Under the pieces are notes generated by a model. That model had not been told where the DNA came from, ran no database searches, and worked only from the letters and a program-made list of their open reading frames with translations. DNA of 64,000 bases from contig CAYWCU010000002.1 of assembly GCA_964456855.1 (NCBI GenBank), forward strand, positions 792-64,791, in the 5' to 3' direction. Both the position numbers and the translations under genes were made by a program. Origin of the DNA: an uncultured Candidatus Saccharibacteria bacterium. GTDB lineage: Bacteria; Patescibacteriota; Minisyncoccia; UBA9983. Shown here piece after piece: positions 19,828 to 28,955 of the stretch. The first letter of the stretch is position 1; every line of letters begins with the position of its first letter.

Positions 19828-20973
19828 TCATTGATTGAGGACGGAGATGATTTTTTTGATGAAGTTCTCCAAGCCATGGTTCTTAACAACAATCTCCCTC
19901 ATATCCGCAGATATTTTTTCTTTTTCATCGGGATTCAAGTCCATAATAAGTTTTATTTTTCCCGCCAGCGCCTCGGAGTCTTTTTTGGGATACATCAATT
20001 TTTCTTTGTATTCGCCAAGGACTTCCAACAGGGCTTCGTTGCAGGTTAGGATGGGCAGACCGCACGCCATTGCTTCAAGAATCGCCTTGTCCAAACTCCC
20101 TGTATGGCTCATATTAACAAACAAATCGGCTGATTGCAGGCGTGGCGCGATATCTTTGTTTGAGACGGCGCCAGCAAAATTTATAACGCCGGAAAGATTT
20201 TTTCGCGCCACCGTTTCTTTTAAGCCAGTAAGATACTTTTCTTGTTCGGGGAGCCCCGCGGCGCCGACAATATCAACTTTTATCTCCAGCCCGCCCTTTG
20301 TCAAAATTTCAACAGCGTTTATGAGCGTTTCGTAATCCTTCACGGGTGATATTCTTCCGATTGAAATAATTTTGAAAATGCCGTCATTTTTTCGGACTTC
20401 CGGACACGGTTTGAATTTTTCTGTATCAATCCCTTGCCCAACGACTTTTTTCTTTTTTGACGCAAGACGGAACCCGCTTTCAGTTGAGGTAAAAACGATG
20501 TCCGTCATTTTTTCCGCCAATTTCAAACTAGAGGGGACCGAACCGTGGGCATACCAAAGACCGATTTTCTTTCCCGTTAATTTCCAAAAGATTCCGCCCA
20601 AAATTACATAGATTTGATTCATATGGACGAAGACGGCGTCGTAGTTTTTTCGCTCGCGCCAGATGTATTTATAAAAATTAAAGATATACTTTAATTTTTT
20701 AGCAACTGACGGCTGAAAGCTGACGACTGAAAGCTGTTCTTTTCCAAGAGAAAGAACTTTAACCCCAGTACCAGAAAATTCCTTTGAATTTTCGCTACGG
20801 GGCTTCGCATTTCTGGCAGAGAAAAAATCATGTTCGCCCTCTTCCAAACATATGACGGTGATTTTTTCGCAATGCTTGGCGAACTCTTTAACCCATTGAT
20901 GGAAAAACCCCAAAACATCGTCGTTTGGGTCCATTTTTTGTGTGATTATCAATAACTTGACTTTTTTATTCAT
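19828..20973 (-). CDS. glycosyltransferase family 4
   Basis: Start trimmed to MNKKVKLLIITQ (ATG 20973). C-domain ISIGRISPVKDYETLINAV ... GSLDKAILEAMACGLPILT. Contains a CTGACGG/CTGAAAG heptamer tract at 20706-20736. Confidence 0.8.
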   Translation of the reverse strand: MNKKVKLLIITQKMDPNDDVLGFFHQWVKEFAKHCEKITVICLEEGEHDFFSARNAKPRSENSKEFSGTGVKVLSLGKEQLSVVSFQPSVAKKLKYIFNFYKYIWRERKNYDAVFVHMNQIYVILGGIFWKLTGKKIGLWYAHGSVPSSLKLAEKMTDIVFTSTESGFRLASKKKKVVGQGIDTEKFKPCPEVRKNDGIFKIISIGRISPVKDYETLINAVEILTKGGLEIKVDIVGAAGLPEQEKYLTGLKETVARKNLSGVINFAGAVSNKDIAPRLQSADLFVNMSHTGSLDKAILEAMACGLPILTCNEALLEVLGEYKEKLMYPKKDSEALAGKIKLIMDLNPDEKEKISADMREIVVKNHGLENFIKKIISVLNQ

Positions 20974-21033
20974 ATCTATATTATATAAGTATAAATTCCT
21001 TCGGGATCGCCCTGAAAAGGGCATAAATTGGAT

Positions 21034-21456
21034 CTAGGAAAAATCGGCAAGCTTTAGCAGTTTGCCGATTTTTCTTTTCATATTCTCAAAGTCATCCGCA
21101 GAAATCATTCCCAACTTTTTAACCAGTCTTTTTGAATCTATCAGTCTTATTTGAGATAAAATAGCGCTGTTTTTCTTGTTTTTGAGATTGAAATTAAAGT
21201 AAAAAACGCCTGCCTTTTGTTTAGTTGTTAGCGGAACGCATAAAAAAACACTGTTGTTGAATTTCCTCAGCACGACGACGGGTCTGGAAAAATTCTCATT
21301 TTTCCCTTCTTGCTCAAAGCCGATATTTCTCCCAAGGGACGCGTAGAAAATATCCCGTTCTTTGAAAAACACCCGCCGGTCGCGGTCATTCAAGCCCTTT
21401 TTTAATGCGTTCCATTCATCAAATAAATTCATGTTTTTATCATTAGTGTTTGTCAT
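21034..21456 (-). CDS. MazF/PemK-family toxin-like protein, second paralog
   Basis: LFDEWNALKKG ... FSRPVVVLRK ... CVPLTTK ... RLVKKLGMISADDFENM is collinear with the 3333-3722 paralog and with MazF. The start may instead be 21432. Confidence 0.55.
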   Translation of the reverse strand: MTNTNDKNMNLFDEWNALKKGLNDRDRRVFFKERDIFYASLGRNIGFEQEGKNENFSRPVVVLRKFNNSVFLCVPLTTKQKAGVFYFNFNLKNKKNSAILSQIRLIDSKRLVKKLGMISADDFENMKRKIGKLLKLADFS

Positions 21457-21480
21457 CGTTTTTGTCCACTTTTTGGGTAA

Positions 21481-21514
21481 TTATCAGTAACTTGACTTTT
21501 TTATTCATATCTAT
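21481..21514. repeat. duplicated 5' end (first 13 codons, MNKKVKLLIITQK) of the GT4 gene 19828-20973
   Basis: ttatcagtaacttgacttttttattcatatctat versus 20946-20979 ttatcaataacttgacttttttattcatatctat. On the reverse strand it reads MNKKVKLLIITQKVDKNDDKH* and runs into the MazF-like gene start. Confidence 0.75.
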
Positions 21515-21590
21515 GTATAATTATTGCAATCACCACGGGTCAGACATGGATAAGGTTTCGTCCTTATCTAGGACTCCCGGCAAAACATCG

Positions 21591-22106
21591 TCAACTTCGG
21601 TTGGCGATGTTTTGTTTACTTCCGAGCTTCTTCACAAAACCATCCAAAAACAAAAACATACTGTTGTCTTTTAAAACTATTTTTAATAACTTGGAATACC
21701 TTTTGCGAGATGGCACTACTAATTTTCCAAGCTTTTCTTTCTCATTTAAGTATTCCACCAAGCATGCAAAATCCCCGTCACCGCTTACAATTACAGCTTT
21801 ATCAAAATTCGGATACTCAATCATTGTGTGCAAAACAAGTTCAGCGTCAACATTGCCCTTTACGCCCTCGGGATGGTTTTGCACCACGGGTTTAAACACC
21901 ATAACAAAACCCTCTTCTTTTAACTTTTTATATAATTTATCATTCTTTTTTATATACCCGATGAAAAGAAAGGCTTTTTCAACTCCATATTTCTCTTTCA
22001 AATACACGCGAAAGCGGGCAAAATCCAATTTCCAGCCCAAAGACAGTATGCTTAAATTCAAATTCTGGCTGTCTATAAACGCGTAATTTATCTCTTTTTT
22101 GTTCAT
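21591..22106 (-). CDS. NYN-domain (LabA-like) protein
   Basis: AFIDSQNL ... DAELVLHTM ... AVIVSGDGDF match the NYN/LabA PIN-like nuclease domain. Confidence 0.7.
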   Translation of the reverse strand: MNKKEINYAFIDSQNLNLSILSLGWKLDFARFRVYLKEKYGVEKAFLFIGYIKKNDKLYKKLKEEGFVMVFKPVVQNHPEGVKGNVDAELVLHTMIEYPNFDKAVIVSGDGDFACLVEYLNEKEKLGKLVVPSRKRYSKLLKIVLKDNSMFLFLDGFVKKLGSKQNIANRS

Positions 22107-22261
22107 TTTTTTGGTTTGTCCTTTTCATTATATAACAAATACGGATAAATGGAGAGCAAAAAATTGGGCTCCTTTTAATTTCAGTTGCAACATTTTTTAG
22201 GGAAATCGGCGCTTCAATAGGCAAAGCCAAAGTACTGGATCATAAAGAAAGCATCTAGACG

Positions 22262-22993
22262 ATGGGCTTTCTCAGTCTGCTTTGGGGGAGTATTTTTATC
22301 ATCAGTATCGGTTTTATACGGGATGATTTTGTTTTTTCAATGGCATCTCTGCCGACATTCGGGGCGAGAATAGTCATTGAAATAATGCAGATTCATGTGA
22401 TGCTGCTCGCAACGGTAAAGGCCGACAGGAGCACATGGGGATTTCTGCGAATTATTACAATCCCAATACTTCTGACAACGGATATATTCTTGGACTACAA
22501 GATAACGCCACTTCAAATTACCGGAATAGGAATCATAATTTTAAGCCTCATTATTCTTTTTATCAATCACGGCATCAAGAAAAAAGGAATGTGGCTTGTT
22601 TTGTTCACCGCGGTAAACAGCGCCGCCGCAATCTCCCTTTATAAATACGACATTACTCATTTTAATTCCGTGGAGGCTGAGCAAAGCATTATTATACTCA
22701 TTCTGATGGTTTATCTTTTTATAATGGCCGTTTTTGTCGCCAAAGAAAACCCTATTTTATTCTTGAAGAAACCGTTTTTTATTCTTCAATCAATAGCGGG
22801 AGGATTGAGTCCGGCGTTCTTGAGTTTCGCTTATTTGTTCGCCCCCGCTTCAGTCATCACCACGGGCAAGCGTTCATTTTCAATTCTTTGGTCTATGCTT
22901 TCCGGCAATATGTATTTCCATGAAAAAAATTTTTTGATTAAATTTTCCTCATTCACTTTAATCGTCGTTGGGCTTATACTCCTTTTCTTTTAA
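22262..22993 (+). CDS. multi-pass integral membrane protein (possible DMT/EamA-like transporter)
   Basis: About 8 hydrophobic segments and no soluble domain. Confidence 0.45.
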   Translation: MGFLSLLWGSIFIISIGFIRDDFVFSMASLPTFGARIVIEIMQIHVMLLATVKADRSTWGFLRIITIPILLTTDIFLDYKITPLQITGIGIIILSLIILFINHGIKKKGMWLVLFTAVNSAAAISLYKYDITHFNSVEAEQSIIILILMVYLFIMAVFVAKENPILFLKKPFFILQSIAGGLSPAFLSFAYLFAPASVITTGKRSFSILWSMLSGNMYFHEKNFLIKFSSFTLIVVGLILLFF

Positions 22994-23015
22994 GTGAGAT
23001 GTGGAGGAAAAAAGA

Positions 23016-24650
23016 CTATTCCCCTGTCTTTATCATATATGTATCCTTGAGCCGGTAGCCGAGTTTTTTGTAATAGCCGCGAACTCCGACTCCTGAAATG
23101 ACCGCCATTTTTTTAAATCCCGCTTTTCGGGCGATTTTCTCCGCCTCGCCGACAAGGGCTTTGCCCATCCCCATATGCTGACTCTGTTCTCCTTTTTGGG
23201 CGATAGGCGCCAAGCGGCCGTAGGTGTGAAGCTCTCTTATTAAGGCGCTGTTTTTGAGAATATCCGGGATGCCGAGCGAAGTTTCAATTGAATCCGGCAG
23301 AAAGAGCCGGAGGAACGCCGCCAATTTATCCCCTTTTTTGTTTTCAAAGCTTAAAAATATTTCCTTTCCTCCCCAAACGGCATATTCAGTTTTTTTGAGT
23401 TTGAAGTCTTTTAATTTTATCTCATCTTCCCTCACCTCGCGACATCGGATGCACTTGCACTTCCATCTGTTTTTTTCTTGGTCGGAGGCGAGATATTGGC
23501 GCAAGTTTGAAATCTTGCTGCCCGCCGCGATGTAACCCCCCGGAATGTCCCTTATCAGTCTTATTATCCTGACATAAGGCGGGATAATCTTTTTTATTTT
23601 AACCAGAAGGTTGAGAAGCTTTTTTTCGGAGTAAGGTTTATGCTCTCCTTTTTTCCACTTGCCGTAAAGTCCCGCGCTCTTCAAAACAACGCAAGGGTAA
23701 ATCTTGAGCATATCCGGGAAAAAACGCTTGTCCGAAAAAAGTTTTTTGAAAGCCGTCAAATCTTTGGCGGGCGAACTTCCGTAAAGCCCCGGCATCATAT
23801 GATAAACTATTTTGAAGCCGAAGGAGCGCAAAAGCCTTGTTGCCCGAGCCACCGTATCCGTAGAAATTTCTCTTCTGTTCTTTTTCAGTATCTCCTCGTC
23901 CGTGTGCTGAACCCCAATTTCCACTTTGGTCACGCCCAATTCTCTCATGCCTTTCAATTCATCCGCGTTTATGAAATCCGGGCGCGTTTCAACGGACATG
24001 CCGACGATTCTGCATTTCGCCTTTTCATTGATTTTTTGAAGTTCGGCGAGGGTTTTCTCGCCTTTCTTTATCGGGCGCGCGCGCCCGATATTATCGCAAG
24101 CGCGAAAAATCTCGGAAACGAAATTTTCCCGATAGGAACGCTTGTAAAAATTCCAGGTTCCGCCTATGATTATTATTTCCGCCTTGTCCAAGGGGTGCCC
24201 ATTCGCATCTAACGCCTTTAGGCGGGAGATGACCTGCTTATATGGGCTGAAATTGTTTCTGAGCGCCCGCGCCGCCGCCGGTTCAAGAGAGAGATAACTC
24301 TTGGGCATTTTTCGCTCCGTGGGGCAATACAGGCAGTTTCCCGGGCAAGGAAACGGCTTCGTGAGTAAAGAAACGGCAACAATGCCGGAATTGCTTTTGG
24401 TTTTTCTTTTTCTCAACAGTCGCTCCAACGCCGGCGATTTTTTCTCCCCTTCTTTATCGGTCATTTCTCTGTAAAGGGCAAGGACTTCGGCGTTTGTGGG
24501 GAGAGGAAGGGTCTTGTATTTCGCCGATGTTCCTCTGTAGTTAATTTTCTTTTTTATTTTCAAAAGACGGCCGGAGAACTTCTCGTCAAGAACCATCCGC
24601 CTTTTCAACTTTTCCAGATCGTCCTCTGTTTTTATTGAATCAAAAATCAT
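23016..24650 (-). CDS. elp3: Elp3-like radical SAM + GNAT protein (tRNA wobble-uridine carboxymethyl modification enzyme homolog)
   Basis: Radical SAM CPGNCLYCP cluster motif, central Elp3-type domain, and C-terminal GNAT fold (HMGMGKALVGEAEKIARKAGFKKMAVISGVGVRGYYKKLGY). The start was set to internal ATG 24650 because the track start 24716 would overlap the divergent neighbour. Confidence 0.8.
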   Translation of the reverse strand: MIFDSIKTEDDLEKLKRRMVLDEKFSGRLLKIKKKINYRGTSAKYKTLPLPTNAEVLALYREMTDKEGEKKSPALERLLRKRKTKSNSGIVAVSLLTKPFPCPGNCLYCPTERKMPKSYLSLEPAAARALRNNFSPYKQVISRLKALDANGHPLDKAEIIIIGGTWNFYKRSYRENFVSEIFRACDNIGRARPIKKGEKTLAELQKINEKAKCRIVGMSVETRPDFINADELKGMRELGVTKVEIGVQHTDEEILKKNRREISTDTVARATRLLRSFGFKIVYHMMPGLYGSSPAKDLTAFKKLFSDKRFFPDMLKIYPCVVLKSAGLYGKWKKGEHKPYSEKKLLNLLVKIKKIIPPYVRIIRLIRDIPGGYIAAGSKISNLRQYLASDQEKNRWKCKCIRCREVREDEIKLKDFKLKKTEYAVWGGKEIFLSFENKKGDKLAAFLRLFLPDSIETSLGIPDILKNSALIRELHTYGRLAPIAQKGEQSQHMGMGKALVGEAEKIARKAGFKKMAVISGVGVRGYYKKLGYRLKDTYMIKTGE

Positions 24651-24672
24651 ATAATTGGTTATACCATAAACA

Positions 24673-25374
24673 ATGAAAGAAGAGTTGGCAAGAAAAATAA
24701 TGGAGGATTCCGCCACCGGCTACGAAAAAATAGCCGAGCAGTTTTCGCGCACCAGATCTTCTTTTTGGAAGGAGCTTGATTTCATCAAAGAAGAAGTGAA
24801 AGGGGGCGACAAAATTCTTGACTTGGGATGCGGAAACGGAAGGCTTTACGAATTTTTGAAAGAGAAAAAGATTGAATACACCGGCGTTGATTCCTCGGAA
24901 AGGCTTTTGGAGTTGGCGAGAAAAAAATACGGGACGGAAGCGAAATTCATAAGGGGCGATGCCCTGAACCTTCCGTTCGCGAACGAGTCCTTTGATAAAA
25001 TAATTTCCATCGCCGTCCTTCATCACATTCCGTCCGAAAAATGGCGGAAAAAGTTTCTGGATGAAGCATGGCGTGTCCTAAAAAAAGACGGGGTTCTCAT
25101 TCTTTCGGTTTGGAATATGAGGCAAAAAAAATACGCTCCCCTTCTCGTGAAATATGCGTTTCTGAAAATCGCCGGGCTTTCACCGCTTGATTTCGGAGAT
25201 GTGCGTCTTGGGTGGAACGGGGAAAAAAATGTTCGCTTCGTCCACGCCTTCGGAAAAAGAGAATTGAGAAAACTGCTGGAGAAGAGCGGGTTTGCGATAA
25301 AAAAACTTTCGGCGGTCCGAAGAAAAAGCGGGCAAGGGAACCTTCTTGCTATAGCTGAAAAAAGAGAAAATTAA
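24673..25374 (+). CDS. Trm9-like class I SAM methyltransferase
   Basis: ILDLGCGNGRL (motif I), NESFDKIISIAVLHHIPS (Trm9/ALKBH8-type AV(I/L)HH), VLKKDGVLILSVWN. Divergently adjacent to elp3. Confidence 0.6.
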   Translation: MKEELARKIMEDSATGYEKIAEQFSRTRSSFWKELDFIKEEVKGGDKILDLGCGNGRLYEFLKEKKIEYTGVDSSERLLELARKKYGTEAKFIRGDALNLPFANESFDKIISIAVLHHIPSEKWRKKFLDEAWRVLKKDGVLILSVWNMRQKKYAPLLVKYAFLKIAGLSPLDFGDVRLGWNGEKNVRFVHAFGKRELRKLLEKSGFAIKKLSAVRRKSGQGNLLAIAEKREN

Positions 25375-25420
25375 AAAGAGGGACGCGGCGCGCCCCTCAA
25401 AGAATGTTCTCTTTTATTTT

Positions 25421-25960
25421 TCAAAAAAACCTTTTGAACCACCCATTTTTGTTTTTTAATTTTCCTTTTCCAAGGTCTTCCAGCAGGGATATCTCACTTT
25501 CATAAAATATCCCGTTTTTTTTATACCATCTGGCACTTCCTCCATAATCGAAGTCCGTGCCAGCTACTAGAGAATATGCCGTCACTATTTCATATCCGTT
25601 AGCGACGGCTGACTCTGCCGTCGCCTTCACGCAACAGTCAGCGTAGATTCCCGTTAACAACAGGGTATCCACCCCCATATAATGAAGATGCCTGGAAAAC
25701 TCACTGCACTCAAACCCGTCCCAGCCGGATTTAAGAAAGAGTTTTCTCCGGCATTCCGGCACTCTTTCTATTTTTTTCTCAAGTGTCCGGACTGTGTCTC
25801 CATAGCCGGCATATTCCACAACGACAAGGGGAATCTCCCCCCCCACGCATAATTCCTTAATGACCATTATGCTTGCCTTGAGGATTCTTTTTGCATCCTT
25901 TTTTGCTATGTGACGCAAAAAACGCGCCTGCATATCTATCAGAACGACCGCCAGCTTCAT
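25421..25960 (-). CDS. isochorismatase-family cysteine hydrolase
   Basis: LAVVLIDMQ (Asp) and LLLTGIYADCCV (catalytic Cys). Confidence 0.75.
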   Translation of the reverse strand: MKLAVVLIDMQARFLRHIAKKDAKRILKASIMVIKELCVGGEIPLVVVEYAGYGDTVRTLEKKIERVPECRRKLFLKSGWDGFECSEFSRHLHYMGVDTLLLTGIYADCCVKATAESAVANGYEIVTAYSLVAGTDFDYGGSARWYKKNGIFYESEISLLEDLGKGKLKNKNGWFKRFF

Positions 25961-26068
25961 TTCAGACCTCCCAAATTATTTATTTTTCAAGATGCTTGTT
26001 TTCTTCACCATTCTCACACATCTTATCGCGTTTGTCAATCTTGCCACCCAGATTTTGCATAAACAAAT

Positions 26069-27168
26069 TTATCGGGAGCATTTTTCCCAGTCTTTTTTCG
26101 TTTGTTCCAGATATTCGTTTTTACCGAGAAAATTAAAGAGTGTGTTTTCGGCGCTCAGGGCGAGATTCGTCCGCAAAACCCTATCGCCAATCAACTTTAA
26201 AAGAGATTCCTCAAGTTTTTTCGCGTTCCCGACAGGAACGACAAGCCCGCTGTATCCGTCTTTTATTATTTCCCCCGCGATTCCGACATCCGTCATCACT
26301 ACAGGACAATTCGCCACCATCGCTTCAATGACGGTCCTTCCGTATCCCTCGTAATTTGAGGTGAGTAGAAAAAGGTCGGCGGTTTTATAGAAAGAAGCCA
26401 AATCGTCCGTCCAGTTTTCAAAAACGACGTTCGCTTTCAGTTTTCGGCTTTCAGCTTTCAGCTTGTTTTTTTCCGGACCGTCCCCGACTATAATCAGCCC
26501 GGTTTCGGGATATTGCTTGATGACGCCCTTCATCGCCTTAATCGCCATCCCGATGTTTTTCTCTTTCGTGAGCCGGCTCGCCATTAAAATAATGAAGTCA
26601 AATTGCGGATATTTTTCACGCAAGTTTGTTTTAACGGGCGCCTTTTTTATTTTTTCAACATCAACGAAAATAGGAAGAATGCTGACGGCTGACGGCTGAC
26701 GTCTTTCAAAGATTCTTTGATTCTTTGAGAAACAACACGAACTCAATCGGCGTATCTTAAGGAAAAATGGTAAACCAAAAAACGCAGAAAATTTTTCAGA
26801 GATTCTTTTCTGAACCAAGGGCTTGAAAAATCAGTGTGAATTTGCGCTTGAAATTTCGCCTTAAACTTGATTTTTAAAGCCAGTGCCAAAAGGTTCGTCA
26901 TCGCGTCTTGGGAAGTTACCAAAAATTTTCCGCTCTTCAAGAAATTTTTGGCGATTTTGTAACCTTGGACGAAATACAAAAAATTAAAACGGCTGTTCGT
27001 GGGATAAACCCAAGTGTTGCCAGAAATTCGCTCGGCTTTGAAACCCGGCTTCGTATAAACGATAATCCGCAATTCTTCGGTCAACTTTCCGTATTCAACC
27101 ATCCAGGACCGAACATCGGACCCTTCTTGAAAAATATTCTTATCCAAACTGAGCATTAAAACTTTCAT
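26069..27168 (-). pseudogene. GT4 glycosyltransferase, tandem copy 1, disrupted by an in-frame TGA and a frameshift and read as two ORFs
   Basis: N-frame ...SLRYAD-TGA-VRVVSQRIKESLKDV then a shift of frame at the (CTGACGG)x3 tract 26681-26701 into ...VSILPIFVDVEKI... FDFIILMASRLTKEKN ... EGYGRTVIEAM. Copy 2 carries the same lesions. Confidence 0.65.
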
Positions 27169-27200
27169 TGTTTTATTGGTATTATAATAAACATTATAAC
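26213..27200. repeat. ~1 kb tandem duplication, copy 1 (matches 28991-29965)
   Basis: The encoded ORFs are identical or near-identical between copies (for example the 78 aa and 141 aa ORFs). A few substitutions, such as KAERISGNTWVYPT versus EPKQISGNTWAYPT. Confidence 0.85.
26681..26701. repeat. heptanucleotide tandem repeat (CTGACGG)x3 inside the GT4 coding sequence, at the frameshift position
   Basis: gctgacggctgacggctgacg. The identical tract is at 29460-29480 in copy 2. Adding one 7-nt unit would restore the reading frame. Confidence 0.8.
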
Positions 27201-27392
27201 AGATTATCCGGCAAAAGCGCCTCGACGTGCGGCTATAAGTTTAATATGTATTATTGGATATGAAATCTATCATTGAAGAAGCAAAAAGTTTTCCGCATTT
27301 TATTTTAGATTTTCTTTAACTCTGATATGCTATACTCTAACAAAGGTCGGGTATCTATATTTATTATTTAAATTAAGAATTATTTAGTAAAT

Positions 27393-27959
27393 ATGCAAAA
27401 CATAATTACTCCCAAAAACTTGTTTACTTTGGCAATACTAGGATTTGTCGCCGTTTTCATTGTTCTGCCACTTACAACTCATGCATACTCGTACAGTGGG
27501 CAAAAGTGGTCAGGGACTACCGTATCAGTAGATGTTTCTGATCCATCATGGCCTAGCGCATGGATTTCTCCGCTCGCAAGTGCAATAAATGCGTGGAATG
27601 CAGCATCATCACCTTTCGCGTTTAATTCCGCCGCGACAGGTCATCAGTTCAAAACTTCAGCAAGTGGTGTAGGTAATCCTCTTGCTGTAACCGCTCGGAC
27701 TCCGTTGTCGGGTAACCCTATTACTGACATGGACACTACATTTAACACATCATATCCTTGGTCCACAAGCGGAGGCTCCAGTGCATACGACGTTCAAAAT
27801 GTCGCAACACATGAATTGGGGCATTGGTTGAGATTGCTTGATCTTTACGGTAGCGGGGACACAGAGGCAACAATGTACTACTCTGTATCTACTGGAGAAA
27901 TAAAGAAAAGATCGCTTGAAACCGATGATTTGGACGGCATTAATTATATTTACCCTTAA
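27393..27959 (+). CDS. secreted zinc metalloprotease, snapalysin/matrixin-like metzincin
   Basis: Signal peptide. HELGHWLRLLD (HExxHxxxxxD as in M7 snapalysin), a Met-turn ATMYY, and C-terminal DLDGINYIYP. GC content is higher than in flanking DNA. Confidence 0.6.
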   Translation: MQNIITPKNLFTLAILGFVAVFIVLPLTTHAYSYSGQKWSGTTVSVDVSDPSWPSAWISPLASAINAWNAASSPFAFNSAATGHQFKTSASGVGNPLAVTARTPLSGNPITDMDTTFNTSYPWSTSGGSSAYDVQNVATHELGHWLRLLDLYGSGDTEATMYYSVSTGEIKKRSLETDDLDGINYIYP

Positions 27960-27982
27960 GCCGGTAAAATTACTAAAAAAGT

Positions 27983-28588
27983 ATGAATAAACAAAATAAA
28001 TTCGTTATATTGCTCGTACTTGGAGTTCTCGCGGTCGGATTTGTAGGTGGCGGTATCGCTTATGTAAATCATCCCCAATCCGAGATTACAAAGACAACTA
28101 TTGATGCCTTATTGGCTTCCATCACTTCTGACGAATTGGTCAAGCAGTCAAATGGCGCAGTGCTCGGGACAGTGACAAATCTTAAGGTGGAGAAAATTCC
28201 TTCAAATATTCGACCAGGGAAAGAAGATATCGTGACTAACGCGACGATTAAAGTTGAAAAATATCTCTACAATCCCGAACAATTAACATCGGATGAACTT
28301 ATAGTACAGGTTGTCGGTGGTGTACTGAGAAGCGAAAGCATGAGCGCAGAAGAGTCTCCGTCATTCAAGATTGGTGATCGGGTTGTGGTATTCTTGTATA
28401 AAAAAGACAAGAGTCAGAGTGTATACACGGTCTATGGTTGGGCGCAGGGTAAGTATACCGTCGACAATAACGGCATTGTAGCTGTTGGAAACGAGTCCAT
28501 CTTTCTACGAGATGTTTTTGGGAAAGAACACATGACGCTTAATGAATTTGAAAACTCAGTTGCGTCGATCGTCTCGAAAATTCAGTAA
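27983..28588 (+). CDS. secreted or membrane-anchored hypothetical protein, co-oriented partner of the metalloprotease
   Basis: N-terminal TM/signal segment FVILLVLGVLAVGFVGGGIAYV, beta-rich, no known domain. Separated from the protease gene by 23 nt. Confidence 0.4.
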   Translation: MNKQNKFVILLVLGVLAVGFVGGGIAYVNHPQSEITKTTIDALLASITSDELVKQSNGAVLGTVTNLKVEKIPSNIRPGKEDIVTNATIKVEKYLYNPEQLTSDELIVQVVGGVLRSESMSAEESPSFKIGDRVVVFLYKKDKSQSVYTVYGWAQGKYTVDNNGIVAVGNESIFLRDVFGKEHMTLNEFENSVASIVSKIQ

Positions 28589-28825
28589 CCAACTTCAAAT
28601 AATAACACGCCTCAAGTAAAAATTATCCTAAAGGAAAGAGTCCAGGGGAATAAGCTTGATAAGGCGGTTATGCCAGTCTGGTAAAATTTCTTAAAGAACG
28701 CGGAAAGATAAGGATAATATTATCTCCTCACGCCAAAAATCTTTACTCAATTATTCTTAAAAGAACTGATGGTCCCGTTGCGAACTTAAAAGACCAAAAT
28801 CTATTTTGCAGACTAAAAAAGAAAA

Positions 28826-28868
28826 AGACCCCAGTGCGGACAAAATCGCACGGGGTCTTTTTCATGCA
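28826..28868. terminator. hairpin plus T-tract terminator (reads as a terminator on both strands)
   Basis: gaccccagtgcggacaaaatcgcacggggtc flanked by T/A runs. Downstream of GT4 copy 2 on the minus strand. Confidence 0.45.
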
Positions 28869-28955
28869 TGTTTTTTTCATATTTTCCAAGTATTCGTTTT
28901 TGCTGGGAAGATTAAGAAGAGTATTCTCAGCGCTCAACGCGAGGCTTGTCCGCAG

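Noticed and set aside
23254-24212. Plus-strand ORFs 23254-23535 and 23640-24212 inside the Elp3 gene
   Set aside because: Antisense to a strongly supported radical-SAM/GNAT gene. Translations are compositionally biased.
26743-26745. In-frame TGA read as glycine (genetic code 25, as in Gracilibacteria/SR1)
   Set aside because: Long conserved genes in the window (lepA 601 aa, glmS, secD, glyA, elp3) are uninterrupted under the standard code. TGA also serves as an apparent stop (for example at the end of wzt, 5079-5081). The TGA in the GT4 gene is therefore treated as a nonsense lesion.
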